DNA of 64,000 bases, taken from contig CAWDVE010000021.1 of NCBI GenBank assembly GCA_963805625.1, forward strand, positions 256,001-320,000. The letters are read 5' to 3'. Origin of the DNA: an uncultured Candidatus Rokubacteria bacterium (GTDB lineage: Bacteria; Methylomirabilota; Methylomirabilia; Rokubacteriales; DASRDR01). Position 1 is the first letter of the stretch. Every line of letters begins with the position of its first letter. This document shows, one piece after another, positions 63,523-64,000 of this stretch. Position numbers and translations under genes: made by a program. Below the pieces are notes generated by a model, which searched no databases, was not told where the DNA came from, and worked only from the letters and a program-made list of their open reading frames with translations.

Positions 63523-64000
63523 TCAGGCTCTGAAACGCCGCCAGGCGGCCAGCCCGGCGACGCCTGCGCCGAGGAGGAACAAGCCGTCGGGCTCGGGCAC
63601 CCTCGCGCTAGGGCCCGCGATGGTGAAGCCATCGATGCCGAATCCGTCGTTCTGTCTACTGCCGGCGTCGGAAAAGAACTGGAGCCCGCCGATCCCGGCG
63701 GAGTCCGTCACGGTGATGTAGAAAATCTGACCATCGTTGAGTTTCTGGGAGAACGGCTGGAAGGACTGGACTTTAAAGAGCGCGTTGACGTCGTTGATGT
63801 CGGTGACGAAGAACCCGACCGAGGTGACGTCCGTCGAGGCCGTCCAGGCCATGGCCTTGTAGTCGTTGCTGTCGAGCCAATGGCCATCCGGGCCCTCTAC
63901 CGCGAATCGGCCGACGTAAGGGCTCGTGCTGGCGTCGAGAATGGCGAGCCCGTCGTTGCACTTTGTCCCACACCCTTGGCCGGAGCCGTTGTTGCCGGGC
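63523..64000 (-). CDS. PEP-CTERM exosortase-sorted surface protein (5' end outside window)
   Basis: C-terminal VPEPDGLFLLGAGVAGLAAWRR. The frame stays open from 63852 to the window edge. Confidence 0.88.
   Translation of the reverse strand, partial: PGNNGSGQGCGTKCNDGLAILDASTSPYVGRFAVEGPDGHWLDSNDYKAMAWTASTDVTSVGFFVTDINDVNALFKVQSFQPFSQKLNDGQIFYITVTDSAGIGGLQFFSDAGSRQNDGFGIDGFTIAGPSARVPEPDGLFLLGAGVAGLAAWRRFRA

Overview
Very GC-rich bacterial chromosomal segment, mostly minus-strand core metabolism. Gene content and codon style suggest Rokubacteria/Methylomirabilota, but this is a low-confidence impression, not a database result. The main feature is two incomplete, complementary complex I (nuo) loci about 23 kb apart. 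Locus 1 is lipA-nuoABCDEFGHIJK running straight into pdhA-pdhB-pdhC-lpdA, with no nuoLMN and a 1-bp frameshift in nuoG. Locus 2 is nuoABC-[tandem NIPSNAP]-DHIJKLMN, with no nuoEFG. Also present: a partial DUF62 SAM hydrolase/halogenase, polyprenyl synthase, a porin/FG-GAP envelope cluster, methylmalonyl-CoA mutase plus carboxyltransferase, two adjacent peptide ABC systems, secG-tpiA-pgk-gap, the rplU-rpmA-obg-proBA-nadD-rsfS-dksA-comF run, and a TetR-ECF pair with a clear operator. The last 6 kb is accessory: an 11-bp repeat array in a CBS-gene leader, fused SDR/P450 remnants, tRNA-Ala and tRNA-Leu flanking an intact IS with doubled end repeats and a target duplication, an IS91-like remnant and a PEP-CTERM gene. 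No CRISPR or rRNA was seen. Start codons were often re-picked by eye from the ORF track.
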